From an uncultured virus (IMG/VR IMGVR_UViG_2636415949_000001) (Duplodnaviria; Heunggongvirae; Uroviricota; Caudoviricetes): a stretch of 64,000 bases of DNA. The position numbers were made by a program, and so were the translations under genes. The notes under the pieces were generated by a model. It was not told the origin of the DNA. It searched no databases and saw only the letters and a program-made list of their open reading frames with translations. Below are positions 28,224-37,540 of the stretch, one piece after another (position 1 is the first letter of the stretch; each line of letters opens with the position of its first letter). The stretch is taken from IMG/VR virus record IMGVR_UViG_2636415949_000001; one strand, given 5' to 3'.

Positions 28224-28816
28224 GCATCGGTATACTAACGAATCTAGCGATGTCAACGCAATTACTAGCGAACCCGACCGCCAAGCCGCCGGAGCCTCCA
28301 CCGCCGAGCCCACCGCGCATCACCGAAGAGGAATTCGCACTTCAAGAGGCGGAAGCCGTTATCGAAGGTAAGGACGCTGAGCTGGCGACCAAGGATGCGA
28401 AGATAAAAGCGCTCGAATCCGAACTTGCTTCCGTAAAAGACGAAGTCAAGGCGCGGGCTAACGAAAAGCGCGAGAAGCCTTCGCATAAGCACGCACAACC
28501 TTCCGGATGGCAAACGTTCGAGGCGTCTGCGTATACGGCTTATTGTGCGGAAGGATGTACCGGAACAACCGCGACCGGCCTCGACGTCAGCCATACGATC
28601 TACCACGCCGGCAAACGTATTATTGCGGTCGATCCGTCAGTGATTGCGTTAGGCTCAACGGTTGAGGTGCGGCAGGCAGACGGTACGACATTCGAAGCGG
28701 TGGCGCAGGATACGGGCGGCGCGATTAAAGGCGCCAAGATTGACGTGTTAGTTACGGAAGAAGCCGACGCGGTACAGTTCGGACGGCAGTCGGTGCAGGT
28801 TCGCGTAATAAATTAA
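28193..28816 (+). CDS. 3D-domain cell-wall hydrolase with Pro-rich and coiled-coil N-terminus (start uncertain)
   Basis: EASAYT, IAVDPSVIALGS, AQDTGGAIKG.KID. Confidence 0.85.
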   Translation: MDFAVFRGGVSIGILTNLAMSTQLLANPTAKPPEPPPPSPPRITEEEFALQEAEAVIEGKDAELATKDAKIKALESELASVKDEVKARANEKREKPSHKHAQPSGWQTFEASAYTAYCAEGCTGTTATGLDVSHTIYHAGKRIIAVDPSVIALGSTVEVRQADGTTFEAVAQDTGGAIKGAKIDVLVTEEADAVQFGRQSVQVRVIN

Positions 28817-28831
28817 CGGGAGGGAGATCGA

Positions 28832-29026
28832 ATGAAAGAAATGCCAGAATTATACGTTTTGGGAATCGTTGATGAAAACGGCAATGTGATCGATTATCCA
28901 AAAGGCGGCGGAAGTTCTACGGTCCCACGTATTAAAGCGTATGACAGTTTGGCGAGTGCTAAAAGAGGCGCGAAACATCACTGTGGCAAGGTTCTGCGGG
29001 TTGTTGCGCTAGAGGAGGCGGAATAA
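28832..29026 (+). CDS. Hypothetical protein
   Basis: GGGAGG RBS, 64 aa. Confidence 0.6.
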   Translation: MKEMPELYVLGIVDENGNVIDYPKGGGSSTVPRIKAYDSLASAKRGAKHHCGKVLRVVALEEAE

Positions 29027-29908
29027 ATGACGGAAACTAACGCAAGAATCCACGTACTGGCTGACGAAACACTTGGCGGCATCAAGCGAGAATACGTTGA
29101 GGTCGATCGGAAGGCGGAGGTCAACGAGAAGATTGTAATTGTTGATAAAGAGGACGACGATGAGGGATACGGAATCGGCGCTATTTTTACGGTAGATCGC
29201 AGTCATCACACGCTGGATGGCGACGTGTATAGCGACGCAGCCTCGTCTGATATTAATCACAACGGACTTATCTATCGCGAAGAATATCACGTACTCGAAC
29301 CGACCGACATCGTTCACATTTATAGTCTTGACGGTATGCGGCGTTGCGTATTGACCGATCGCAAGGCGGAAGTGGGCGAGGAGGTTATATTTAATAATGA
29401 ATCGGGAGTATCAGACGGAATTGTCACCGAAGTTACCTCGGTAGGCATCAGTATGGTTGACGTAGCTGGTTACGAAGATTCAGACGGGGAATATGTTTGC
29501 GGAATCTCTCACGGGTATTATCGCGTCCTCGTCCCGGTCGAAGCCGCCGAAAACGAACCGAAGCCTGCCGACCCAATCGACGTTATCGCCAATTTAGCGC
29601 AAGAGGTTGCGTCTTTAAAACGAACGGTCGATCGCCATAGAGACGAAATCGACACGCTGTTTAAAGACAAACGGACGCTCGGCGAAGAGTTGGCGCGGTT
29701 GAAGGAGCCGACGAAGACTGCAGAGTGCGCTCCGATTGATGCGCCGCTAGTTTTTATTCAACGGAAAATTGGCGATGCGTTTGACGTGTATCAAGACGGT
29801 AAGAAATTGCGCGGGGTAAGGCATATTCGTATTGACGCCGCGTCGGGTGAATTCACTACGCTTGATGTTGAATTTGTTTCCGGGACAACCGAGGAGGAGC
29901 GCCCATGA
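29027..29908 (+). CDS. Hypothetical protein with repeated DRKAEV.E modules and coiled coil
   Basis: GAGGAGG RBS, 293 aa. Confidence 0.7.
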   Translation: MTETNARIHVLADETLGGIKREYVEVDRKAEVNEKIVIVDKEDDDEGYGIGAIFTVDRSHHTLDGDVYSDAASSDINHNGLIYREEYHVLEPTDIVHIYSLDGMRRCVLTDRKAEVGEEVIFNNESGVSDGIVTEVTSVGISMVDVAGYEDSDGEYVCGISHGYYRVLVPVEAAENEPKPADPIDVIANLAQEVASLKRTVDRHRDEIDTLFKDKRTLGEELARLKEPTKTAECAPIDAPLVFIQRKIGDAFDVYQDGKKLRGVRHIRIDAASGEFTTLDVEFVSGTTEEERP

Positions 29909-30471
29909 AGCTCGCTCTGACCGCACCTTTACGCGCAGGCAAGTCGCAAGCTACCGGCTATCTATCGACGTATTACGATTTCCAAACGTTCGCCTTCAGT
30001 GACGAATTAAAGGCGGCTTTCCATCGCGCGTTCCCTTCCGTACCTGAAAAGCCGAAGCCACGTGCGTATTATCAAGAATTCGGTCAGGCGGCGCGGAAGA
30101 TACTCGGCGAGAACGTATGGATAGACGCATGCATGGCGAAAGTTGACGCATATACGGCGCTCTTTTCACGCAAATGTGATTGCGGATTATCACCGTCCCT
30201 GAAGAATCGCGTACTGATCGAAGACGTTCGGCAGCAGAACGAATATGACCGGCTGCGCGCCGAAGGATTTACCATCGTCCGCATCACAGCGCCGGAAGAA
30301 TTACGGATTGAACGCGCACGGAAGGCCGGCGACGATTTCGATTTAGCAGCGCTCGATCATCCGACTGAAAAAGCGCTGCAAACTTTCGAAGTTGATTACG
30401 AAATTGTGAACGATGGGACGTACGAGCAGCTTTACGCAAAATTAGACGATTTAATGGGGGCGATGCTATGA
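29905..30471 (+). CDS. Probable deoxynucleoside monophosphate kinase
   Basis: P-loop-like APLRAGKS, FSDELK, IEDVRQQNE, HPTE, IVNDG. Confidence 0.75.
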   Translation: MKLALTAPLRAGKSQATGYLSTYYDFQTFAFSDELKAAFHRAFPSVPEKPKPRAYYQEFGQAARKILGENVWIDACMAKVDAYTALFSRKCDCGLSPSLKNRVLIEDVRQQNEYDRLRAEGFTIVRITAPEELRIERARKAGDDFDLAALDHPTEKALQTFEVDYEIVNDGTYEQLYAKLDDLMGAML

Positions 30472-31418
30472 CGCACTTTAATTTAACGCCGCAACAGCCG
30501 GCAAACGGATTTACGGTGCTCGAATTATTCTGCGGAGGCGGACTCGGCGCAATCGGGTTCAAGGCGGCCGGCTACGATATCGTGAAGGCGTTAGACTTCG
30601 ATAAGAATGCCGTTAAAGCTTACCGTCACAACTTCGGTGATTACGTGGAACAGGCGGATATTAGCGCAGTAGATATCGACAGCTTGCCGGATACCGACGT
30701 TATCTTCGGAGGGCCGCCGTGCCAAGACTTCTCGGTTGCGGGCAAAGGTGCCGGAGCAGACGGAGAGCGAGGCAAATTAGTGTGGCGATACCTCGAAATC
30801 ATTGAACGCAAGCAACCGAAAGCCTTCGTATTTGAAAACGTAAAAGGGTTGATAACGAAGCGCCACCGTCCTACATTCGACGCGCTTATCGAGAAGTTTA
30901 ACGAAATAGGTTACGAGATTGAGTGGAAAGCGCTGAGCGCGTGGGACTACGGAGTAGCACAGAAGCGGGAGCGCGTGTTCATCGTCGGAATACGAAAAGA
31001 CCTCGGATTCACATTCGAGTTTCCGAAGCCATTAGAAGGCGATTATCAGACGCGAGTCCTGCGGGATGTTATCGGGGACTTGCCGGAGCCTGAGCGCCAA
31101 GATTGCGGAAAGTATTGGACGCCTAAAAGCGAATACACATACGGCCAAGCTAATCGCGTGCAATCGCTAGATAAACCGTCTAATACGATTCCGGCGCACC
31201 ATAACAGCGGCCAGCCGATCCATCCTACTGAAGCACCGCGTCGATTCACCGTTCGCGAATGTCTCCGAATCCAATCTGCGCCAGACACTTACGTCCTTCC
31301 AGACGATATTTCTTTATCGGCGCAATACCGGATTGTCGGAAACGGAATTGCTTCGCGTGTAGCGTGGTATATCGGATGTGCATTGGCGGATCAGCTACGA
31401 TTTAAATCGAAAGCATAA
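30468..31418 (+). CDS. Orphan DNA (cytosine-5) methyltransferase
   Basis: LFCGGG, GGPPCQDFS, FENVKG, Q.RERVF, RECLRIQ, IVGNG. Confidence 0.93.
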   Translation: MTHFNLTPQQPANGFTVLELFCGGGLGAIGFKAAGYDIVKALDFDKNAVKAYRHNFGDYVEQADISAVDIDSLPDTDVIFGGPPCQDFSVAGKGAGADGERGKLVWRYLEIIERKQPKAFVFENVKGLITKRHRPTFDALIEKFNEIGYEIEWKALSAWDYGVAQKRERVFIVGIRKDLGFTFEFPKPLEGDYQTRVLRDVIGDLPEPERQDCGKYWTPKSEYTYGQANRVQSLDKPSNTIPAHHNSGQPIHPTEAPRRFTVRECLRIQSAPDTYVLPDDISLSAQYRIVGNGIASRVAWYIGCALADQLRFKSKA

Positions 31419-31780
31419 ACGCCAGAAGGGTACGCCATATACGACTGCTTTGCGGCTTCCTCTTCGCCAATCATCTGAAAACGTAGCGGAAGGTCCTCGT
31501 CTTTAAAGCCGGCCGCCTTAATCACTTTGCTTGCGGCTTTATTATACGAACGCTTATCGAATTTGAACGGCGTCGCATCGGCCTTTACGCTTTCAGGCTT
31601 TGCGCAAACAAGGCGATTTGATTCGTCATCGTAGCCGATCGTCAGGTAAAACGGTGCTTTGTCGGGAAGGCCGATGATCTTACGTGCGCCGGACGAAACG
31701 TATATTCTTCGTTGTTTATCAAGCGTTATGTAAGCGTCATTACTCTGCGCTGAAATCCAATTAATAACCACGCAATTCAC
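31391..31780 (-). CDS. Hypothetical protein (possible AbrB-like beta fold)
   Basis: GAGGTG RBS; YITLDKQRRIYV segment; convergent overlap with the C5 MTase. Confidence 0.6.
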   Translation of the reverse strand: MNCVVINWISAQSNDAYITLDKQRRIYVSSGARKIIGLPDKAPFYLTIGYDDESNRLVCAKPESVKADATPFKFDKRSYNKAASKVIKAAGFKDEDLPLRFQMIGEEEAAKQSYMAYPSGVYAFDLNRS

Positions 31781-31895
31781 CTCGATTATACATTATACGG
31801 AAATTATATTCGCTTTTAGGGCGAAAGTCAAACGAAAAGGGGCGATTAATATAGGGAAAGCCGATCGTAAACGCTGGGAAGGAAACGTTAAGTCG

Positions 31896-33074
31896 ATGGA
31901 AATCATCGCGAAGGATCGCGGCCAAATAACTGAAGAAGATATCGAATTCTTACGACAAAATTATACGTCGGCAGGCGGGTTACTGCCGAATGCTTTTAGC
32001 GGTGGGGCCTTTTTCACGCCTACCCACATTGCGAAGTTCGTATGGGATGTAGTAAAGCCGCGGCTGCCTGAGACTCCGAAGGTTTTAGAGCCTTCCGTTG
32101 GTGCCGGTGTATTTCTCGAACATGCGCCGAAGGCCGCCAACGTCACAGCGTTAGAACTCGATAGTACAAGCGCGAAAGTAACCTCGCTGTTATATCCAGA
32201 CGCTGAGATTATCGAAGGGAATGCGCTAGTACATGGCCGCCGAGATTATTACGATTTAGTAATCGGCAACCCGCCATACGGAGTAAACGTTAAATTCGAG
32301 CCGCAAGAAGACGAGGAGTGGCGGTCAATTACTAAAAAGAAGGGAGAATACGTGGGCAAGTCGGAAGTTGCTTTTATCGAACTCGCTATCAAAGCGGTTA
32401 AGCATGGCGGTTATATTGCGTTTGTACTTCCGTTAGGCATCTCCTACGCTAACTATGCATCCAAGCTTCGGAAGCTCATGCACGAAACGTGCTGGCAGGT
32501 CGCGACTATTTTACTTCCGGGAGAAACGTTCCAACACGTAGGTACTACGATTCCTACGCAGATACTAATACTGCGTAAAGCACCGCCTAGAACGGAGTTA
32601 ATACCACCAGCAACTACGAAATGGCGCTCAAATTTCAGAAGAGGCGGTGACACCGACATATCGGAATATAACGCAAAATTTCTCGAAGGTCAGCCGCCTG
32701 CTTATTTCGCACAAGTAACAGACATTGGGTGGGATGCGAAAGGAAAGTCAACAGATGCGTCGGGCGGGGGTCTAACGCAACTTGACGAACTTGTTGACGA
32801 TTTCACTGACGATAATCTTATGCGCGAAAATCTATACCCGCATTTACCGAGCTGGCACGGAATCGATAAAGGAACCGAGGCATTCTTCTTCTCACACGGC
32901 AACGGTCAGTGTGACGGCTTAAGGGATGCCGCGGACACTTTTCCGGAGGGTCCTTATCGCTGGAATGAACTAACGTTAGGCGCCGGTGATGAGATCGAAT
33001 GGAATGGTCGTATGGTGAGCTCGTTTGATTTCGATTGGCAGGACGAAATCGTTCGCAATTATTTCGATAGATAG
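31896..33074 (+). CDS. Orphan amino (N6-adenine) DNA methyltransferase
   Basis: GAFFTP, VLEPSVGAGVF, VIGNPPYG, GGYIAFVLP; may start at ATA 31851. Confidence 0.9.
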   Translation: MEIIAKDRGQITEEDIEFLRQNYTSAGGLLPNAFSGGAFFTPTHIAKFVWDVVKPRLPETPKVLEPSVGAGVFLEHAPKAANVTALELDSTSAKVTSLLYPDAEIIEGNALVHGRRDYYDLVIGNPPYGVNVKFEPQEDEEWRSITKKKGEYVGKSEVAFIELAIKAVKHGGYIAFVLPLGISYANYASKLRKLMHETCWQVATILLPGETFQHVGTTIPTQILILRKAPPRTELIPPATTKWRSNFRRGGDTDISEYNAKFLEGQPPAYFAQVTDIGWDAKGKSTDASGGGLTQLDELVDDFTDDNLMRENLYPHLPSWHGIDKGTEAFFFSHGNGQCDGLRDAADTFPEGPYRWNELTLGAGDEIEWNGRMVSSFDFDWQDEIVRNYFDR

Positions 33075-33107
33075 CGCGATTACTAGAGCGAGAAGGAGGT
33101 TTTACGT

Positions 33108-33491
33108 ATGGGAACGGTAAAAGTCGATCTCCACCGAAAGGATCGCGAGTTTAACGCCGCATATGCGCTCGACGACGCAGAGGGCGTCAAGTTGCTACTC
33201 GCCGATTACCAGAAGTTCGTCAGCCGAAAACGCTGCGGCGACTATGCGGCCATGGAAGTGTTGATCGACATTCATAAGGCGATCGAGCTCGCCTGCTTAA
33301 CGGATCGGCAACGGCAGGCGATCGAGCTCGTTTACTTCGGAGAATTAACGCAAACCGAGGCGGGCGAACGGATGGGTATTGCGCAAAAGAACGTAAATGA
33401 AGCCCTCGACAGAGCCTCCGAAAAGCTTGCGGACATTTATTACTATTGGGCCGGTCACGGCGAAGGATATACGACAAGGGGGACGGATTGA
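33108..33491 (+). CDS. Sigma-70 region 4-like HTH protein (candidate late activator)
   Basis: LTDRQRQAIELVYFGELTQTEAGERMGI. Confidence 0.8.
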   Translation: MGTVKVDLHRKDREFNAAYALDDAEGVKLLLADYQKFVSRKRCGDYAAMEVLIDIHKAIELACLTDRQRQAIELVYFGELTQTEAGERMGIAQKNVNEALDRASEKLADIYYYWAGHGEGYTTRGTD

Positions 33492-33976
33492 TGGATAAAA
33501 CGATTTTGGACGAAACGATTACGGAAATGTACGCACGAACTAAGGCCGGTAAGATGTCTCGGCAGGAGCGAATTGAGGCAATAACGGCCCTGTCAGACGC
33601 TTACTTCGACTCTACCGGAGATCACCCGGAGCCCGCAGCGCTTGAGCGAATGGCTAATCTCGTACTCTATGAAGAGCTTTCCGATACTAACAAAAACAAG
33701 ATGAAGGCAGAATACCCATTTATGAGTGAGCGAATGGAAAAGACTCGAAGATCCGGGGAAACGTCCGAAAAGATGGCAGAAGAATATGACCGCTTTGGAA
33801 AAAATCAGAGCAAACCTGTTCGTAGGCACCTTTCTACTTACGAAGGTATTCAAGTCGATAAACGCGCTAAATCTCAAAATAAAGATCGCAGAAAACGTTA
33901 TTCGGCATTCGTTAACGGAAGATCCGACGGACAATTCACCGTAAATATCGCAACTGGCGAAAAAGTTTATCACTAA
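33491..33976 (+). CDS. Hypothetical basic phage protein
   Basis: TGATG coupling, AAGGGGG RBS. Confidence 0.7.
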   Translation: MDKTILDETITEMYARTKAGKMSRQERIEAITALSDAYFDSTGDHPEPAALERMANLVLYEELSDTNKNKMKAEYPFMSERMEKTRRSGETSEKMAEEYDRFGKNQSKPVRRHLSTYEGIQVDKRAKSQNKDRRKRYSAFVNGRSDGQFTVNIATGEKVYH

Positions 33977-34063
33977 TACCCGCATTTTACCGCGTTAGTT
34001 GTCTATACGTTATGAGGGCGCCCGTTCAGCGCTCTTTTATTTTTGCGAAAAGGAGACGGTTTA

Positions 34064-34864
34064 ATGAAGAGATTACGAGTTATTAATACGGAGACAGGCG
34101 AAGACTGGTCGGAAATGTACACGCTGCGGCACCGCAACCAAGACGCAGCCTTTCGTCAGCAGCAAGAAAAAACAGCCGATCGGCGCGATTTCTCAAACGC
34201 CAATATGCCTAATATTCACGAAGTCTATGACGCTCTTACGACGGCACAGTGTGGCTATCTGATGCTGCTTCAGTGCTACGTCGACTACAACGGTGTTCTA
34301 ATAAAATCCAGCCGTAATAAAACGCCGATGACCACCGCGGACATGATGGACGTTTTGCAGCTCAGTAAAAAACGGATGACCTTTTACGACTTCCTTTCCG
34401 CCTGTACCGAGCACGACATCATCCGGGAAGAGAACGGCCGCTACAGTGTAAATGACCGCTACCACTTCAAAGGTAATTTCGGTAGTCAGCAAGTCGTTAA
34501 GCTATACAGCGCGAAGATCAAACGTGTGTACAGCGAAGTGAAGGCGACTGACATCGGTCTGATCTATCGTATGCTGCCGTTCATTCATTACGAAACAAAC
34601 GCTCTGTGCGCAAATCCTTTCGAAAAGAATCCGAAGCGCATACGTTGGTTTAACAAAAAAGAGCTTGCGGCGGCGATCGGTGTTACCTCGGATACGCTCG
34701 GCCGGCGCCTGAAGCAGATGAAATTCGACGGCGAATACGTTGTTGCGCGAATTAAAGTCGGAAGCGAGCCGGAGCGCTATACGTTTAATCCTAACGTATT
34801 CTATCGACAATCCAAGACGCCGGACAAAACGCTGATTGCGCTGTTTAACGTTAAGAAGGTATAA
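34064..34864 (+). CDS. DNA-binding protein with C-terminal wHTH (RepL-like)
   Basis: KELAAAIGVTSDTLGRRLKQM HTH and YTFNPNVFY; AAAGGAG RBS. Confidence 0.55.
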   Translation: MKRLRVINTETGEDWSEMYTLRHRNQDAAFRQQQEKTADRRDFSNANMPNIHEVYDALTTAQCGYLMLLQCYVDYNGVLIKSSRNKTPMTTADMMDVLQLSKKRMTFYDFLSACTEHDIIREENGRYSVNDRYHFKGNFGSQQVVKLYSAKIKRVYSEVKATDIGLIYRMLPFIHYETNALCANPFEKNPKRIRWFNKKELAAAIGVTSDTLGRRLKQMKFDGEYVVARIKVGSEPERYTFNPNVFYRQSKTPDKTLIALFNVKKV

Positions 34865-34865
34865 T
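34836..34865 (+). promoter_or_regulatory. Putative SigA promoter for the tri-peptide ORF
   Basis: TTGCGC(34836)-18 bp-TATAAT(34860). Confidence 0.55.
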
Positions 34866-34889
34866 TTTACTATACCGGAGGTGAGGCGA

Positions 34890-34973
34890 ATGGGAATGCC
34901 ACGAGGAGCTAATCCGTTAGAGAGTGCGATTAGAGGCGCAGGTCCAGCGGAAAGCGCATCACGCGGAGCATAA
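34890..34973 (+). CDS. 27-aa concatemer of arbitrium peptides MGMPRGANPLESAIRGAGPAESASRGA (no signal peptide)
   Basis: GGAGGTGA RBS at 34877-34884; direct translation; exact GMPRGA and SAIRGA, plus SASRGA; terminator follows. Confidence 0.9.
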   Translation: MGMPRGANPLESAIRGAGPAESASRGA

Positions 34974-34975
34974 AA

Positions 34976-35011
34976 CGAAAAAGGACGCCTTATGCGGGCG
35001 TCTTTTCTTCG
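34976..35011. terminator. Bidirectional intrinsic terminator
   Basis: AAAAGGACGCC-loop-GGCGTCTTTT between convergent genes. Confidence 0.8.
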
Positions 35012-35151
35012 TCATCTTCCGTTTGTAATTCAAGAACTTCGATCTGCGATTTTAAGATAGCTATGTCTCGGCTGTTTAGATTCGTAGGTAATTCAAAGCG
35101 CGCAATCTGCCCGTTTGTAAGCGCAATGCGAGCGTACTGTATATCGTCCAT
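34990..35151 (-). CDS. Hypothetical protein, 53 aa (MDDIQYARIAL...; not in ORF track)
   Basis: AAGGGG RBS on the minus strand. Confidence 0.55.
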   Translation of the reverse strand: MDDIQYARIALTNGQIARFELPTNLNSRDIAILKSQIEVLELQTEDDEEKTPA

Positions 35152-35190
35152 ACGTATATCCCCTTCGGTGTTTATGCCTTAAATATATCA

Positions 35191-36003
35191 TCAGCTCTTC
35201 CACGAATCAAACGAAGGTATCCGCAGCAGTCCTTTGCGCGTCTTAAATCGATGCTTCACGCGGCATTTTATCGGCTCTATATTCACGTATTTATCCGTTT
35301 CTCCTACGTCTTTCCGCTCCGAATGAAATCTCCGCCGTTCAGCGTGCGGCATAAACTCCATCAGTCCCGCATAAGCACCGTCTTCATACGCTAAAACAAG
35401 CGCATTATCCTCTTTCCGATAACCCGTAATCCAAACGTCCGTATACTCGTAATTAACGATCTTCAACCATCGATCTGACCGCTTATTTTCCGCGTAGGAC
35501 GAATTAGCGCGCTTCATAACGACTCCTTCAATGCCGGAGCTTTTCGCTAATTCGAAAACAGCGCGGCCATTACCTGTAACGCTATCGACAATCTTAACGT
35601 TTGGATGATCGAGGGCAAGGCCGCTTAATAATTCCTTCCGCTCATATAACGGTTTCGACGTAACCGATTCGCCGTCGAGACGCAATATATCAAACACGCA
35701 GAATACTATCGGATGATAGCTTTTTTGCGATTGAAACCGCTCCATCATAGCTTCGAAGTCTCCGGCGCCTGTCGGTCCGGGCACGATAAGCTCGCCGTCG
35801 AGTACGGTGCCGTCCGGAATCTGTATCGTGTGGAGTTCGGGGAATTTAGCGGTGACTTCGTTGTTGTGGCGCGTGTAGAGGCGTATGCGGCCGTCATTTT
35901 TGGATGCGAGCAGGCGGATACCATCGAATTTGATTTCGGTAATGTAATCGTCAGAGTCGAACGGGTCTTTTGCGGACTCTAATAGCATTGGCGAAATAAA
36001 CAA
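35191..36003 (-). CDS. ATP-dependent DNA ligase (LigB/LigD-type minimal)
   Basis: EIKFDGIR, VLDGEL, FDIL, EGVVMK, RSDRWLK. Confidence 0.92.
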   Translation of the reverse strand: MFISPMLLESAKDPFDSDDYITEIKFDGIRLLASKNDGRIRLYTRHNNEVTAKFPELHTIQIPDGTVLDGELIVPGPTGAGDFEAMMERFQSQKSYHPIVFCVFDILRLDGESVTSKPLYERKELLSGLALDHPNVKIVDSVTGNGRAVFELAKSSGIEGVVMKRANSSYAENKRSDRWLKIVNYEYTDVWITGYRKEDNALVLAYEDGAYAGLMEFMPHAERRRFHSERKDVGETDKYVNIEPIKCRVKHRFKTRKGLLRIPSFDSWKS

Positions 36004-36094
36004 AAAATCACCTCGTTTCAGCTTCGTAATACTATAATGATATAGTAAGAGTCGACTGGAGCGAAGTGATACGTATCCGGTAATTTATGGTCGT

Positions 36095-36442
36095 TTATTT
36101 TATTCCGTATCTATCAAATGACGCTAGTACCTGTGATACTTCGCTAAGAGTACATCTCTGGCTGTTCAGGTATGATTCTACGTCCTTGTCAGACATTTCA
36201 TAGGAATCTCTCACGCTTCTTTTTGTGCCTGATGCTCGTTCGATTTCTCGCGATCTTTCTTCGACAGTGAGCTTAATCCAATTATTATTTCTAACACAAA
36301 GTTCCACCGATTTTTCATACCAGTCGAGCCCGCCATTTATATCTCTTTCTTCCAAGAGGAGCGATGAAACAATAATACTAGAGTCGGGGTTTTCCTCTGA
36401 TATCTTCTTCCTTAGTTCACCTAGTTGCGAGGATACTTGCAT
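36095..36442 (-). CDS. Hypothetical protein
   Basis: AAGGAG RBS, 115 aa. Confidence 0.6.
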   Translation of the reverse strand: MQVSSQLGELRKKISEENPDSSIIVSSLLLEERDINGGLDWYEKSVELCVRNNNWIKLTVEERSREIERASGTKRSVRDSYEMSDKDVESYLNSQRCTLSEVSQVLASFDRYGIK

Positions 36443-36467
36443 ATGTATATCTCCTTATTGCGTTATT

Positions 36468-36647
36468 TTAAATGTTCTTCTTCATTCCACACCGCCGGCA
36501 CTCCCGAAGAAACTTTCCGCTCTTCACCGAGCTTTTGAACAGCGTATAGTCGCAGTTGTCGCATCGTCCTGCGCGCTTGTCCGGAAATTCCTTGTATTCG
36601 TAAGTGATCGACGTATCAATGCCGTTAGTCTCGTATTTTTCCTCCAT
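36468..36647 (-). CDS. Small zinc-ribbon protein (CDNC...CRRC), 59 aa
   Basis: GGAGG RBS; TGGTATAAT extended -10 upstream. Confidence 0.65.
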   Translation of the reverse strand: MEEKYETNGIDTSITYEYKEFPDKRAGRCDNCDYTLFKSSVKSGKFLRECRRCGMKKNI

Positions 36648-36777
36648 TTTCGCTGTACCTCCGTGTCCTACATCGTTGTATAGAACGATTATACCACGAA
36701 AGTACAACGAGAGAGCCGCTTCAGACGCGTTCAGGTACGATAGGTATCCGAAAGCTCGAAACGGCTCATTTCGTTCA

Positions 36778-37215
36778 TTATTTAACGTTGAATTTCGCTG
36801 ACTCAAACGTACCGACGTAGTTGCGCTTGGCTGAATCCGAATAGCAGTCGATCTGAATAACGTATGTTCCTTTGCCGGTCTTGCTGCGGATCGACTTCGC
36901 ACTAAACGACTTCAGCGGCGTTGATGTCTTGAAGCTTCCGCGCTGTACTAAATTCGTATCAGTCAGCCCGCCGCCGCTGCGCTTTTTATAAACGCCTGCC
37001 GTGTAGTACAGCGTTGAGCCGCCTTTCTTCTCGGCTTTCCAATCGACCGTGCTTGCGCTGCTACTGTACGTAGTTGCGTCCGTATATACCCGCGCCTTGT
37101 GCCCGAACTTCTCCGTCTGCCAGCCCGACCATGCTGCGTCAGCTTGCGGAGCCAGCGCAATAGTGCCGGTTAATAAGGTAGCGGTGATTACAAGCGATTT
37201 GACTAAACGTTTCAT
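36778..37215 (-). CDS. Secreted basic protein with Sec signal (MKRLVKS...ADA|AWSGW)
   Basis: Signal peptide with AxA site; GAGGAGG RBS. Confidence 0.75.
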   Translation of the reverse strand: MKRLVKSLVITATLLTGTIALAPQADAAWSGWQTEKFGHKARVYTDATTYSSSASTVDWKAEKKGGSTLYYTAGVYKKRSGGGLTDTNLVQRGSFKTSTPLKSFSAKSIRSKTGKGTYVIQIDCYSDSAKRNYVGTFESAKFNVK

Positions 37216-37328
37216 ACGATTTCCTCCTCGACTTCCAGCCGCGTACCACACGTAGGGCAGCACGCGTCCGGCTTGATTTCGATATCTAACTTTGCGTAAT
37301 TGCAATCGTGGCAAGTGTATTCAATCAT
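37212..37328 (-). CDS. Small zinc-ribbon protein (CHDC...CPTC), 38 aa
   Basis: GGAG RBS; coupled to the next gene. Confidence 0.55.
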   Translation of the reverse strand: MIEYTCHDCNYAKLDIEIKPDACCPTCGTRLEVEEEIV

Positions 37329-37357
37329 CGTTATGACTCTCCGTTTCCCTACTAATA

Positions 37358-37540
37358 CTAAAATTCGTACCCTGAGGTTTCGTATCGACATGAGTGGCAA
37401 TATGACGTCCATACGTAGCCCCTCGGAACCTCTTCTGCGTAAACTTCTTTGGAGTTTTCTTCGTCACAACATTCGCAAGAAGATAATTTGTTAAATGGGA
37501 TCTGCTCATCCTGAGTAAAGTAAGCTTTAACCGTTTTCAT
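37358..37540 (-). CDS. Small Cys-rich protein (CECC...CHSC)
   Basis: AAAGGAG RBS, 60 aa. Confidence 0.55.
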   Translation of the reverse strand: MKTVKAYFTQDEQIPFNKLSSCECCDEENSKEVYAEEVPRGYVWTSYCHSCRYETSGYEF

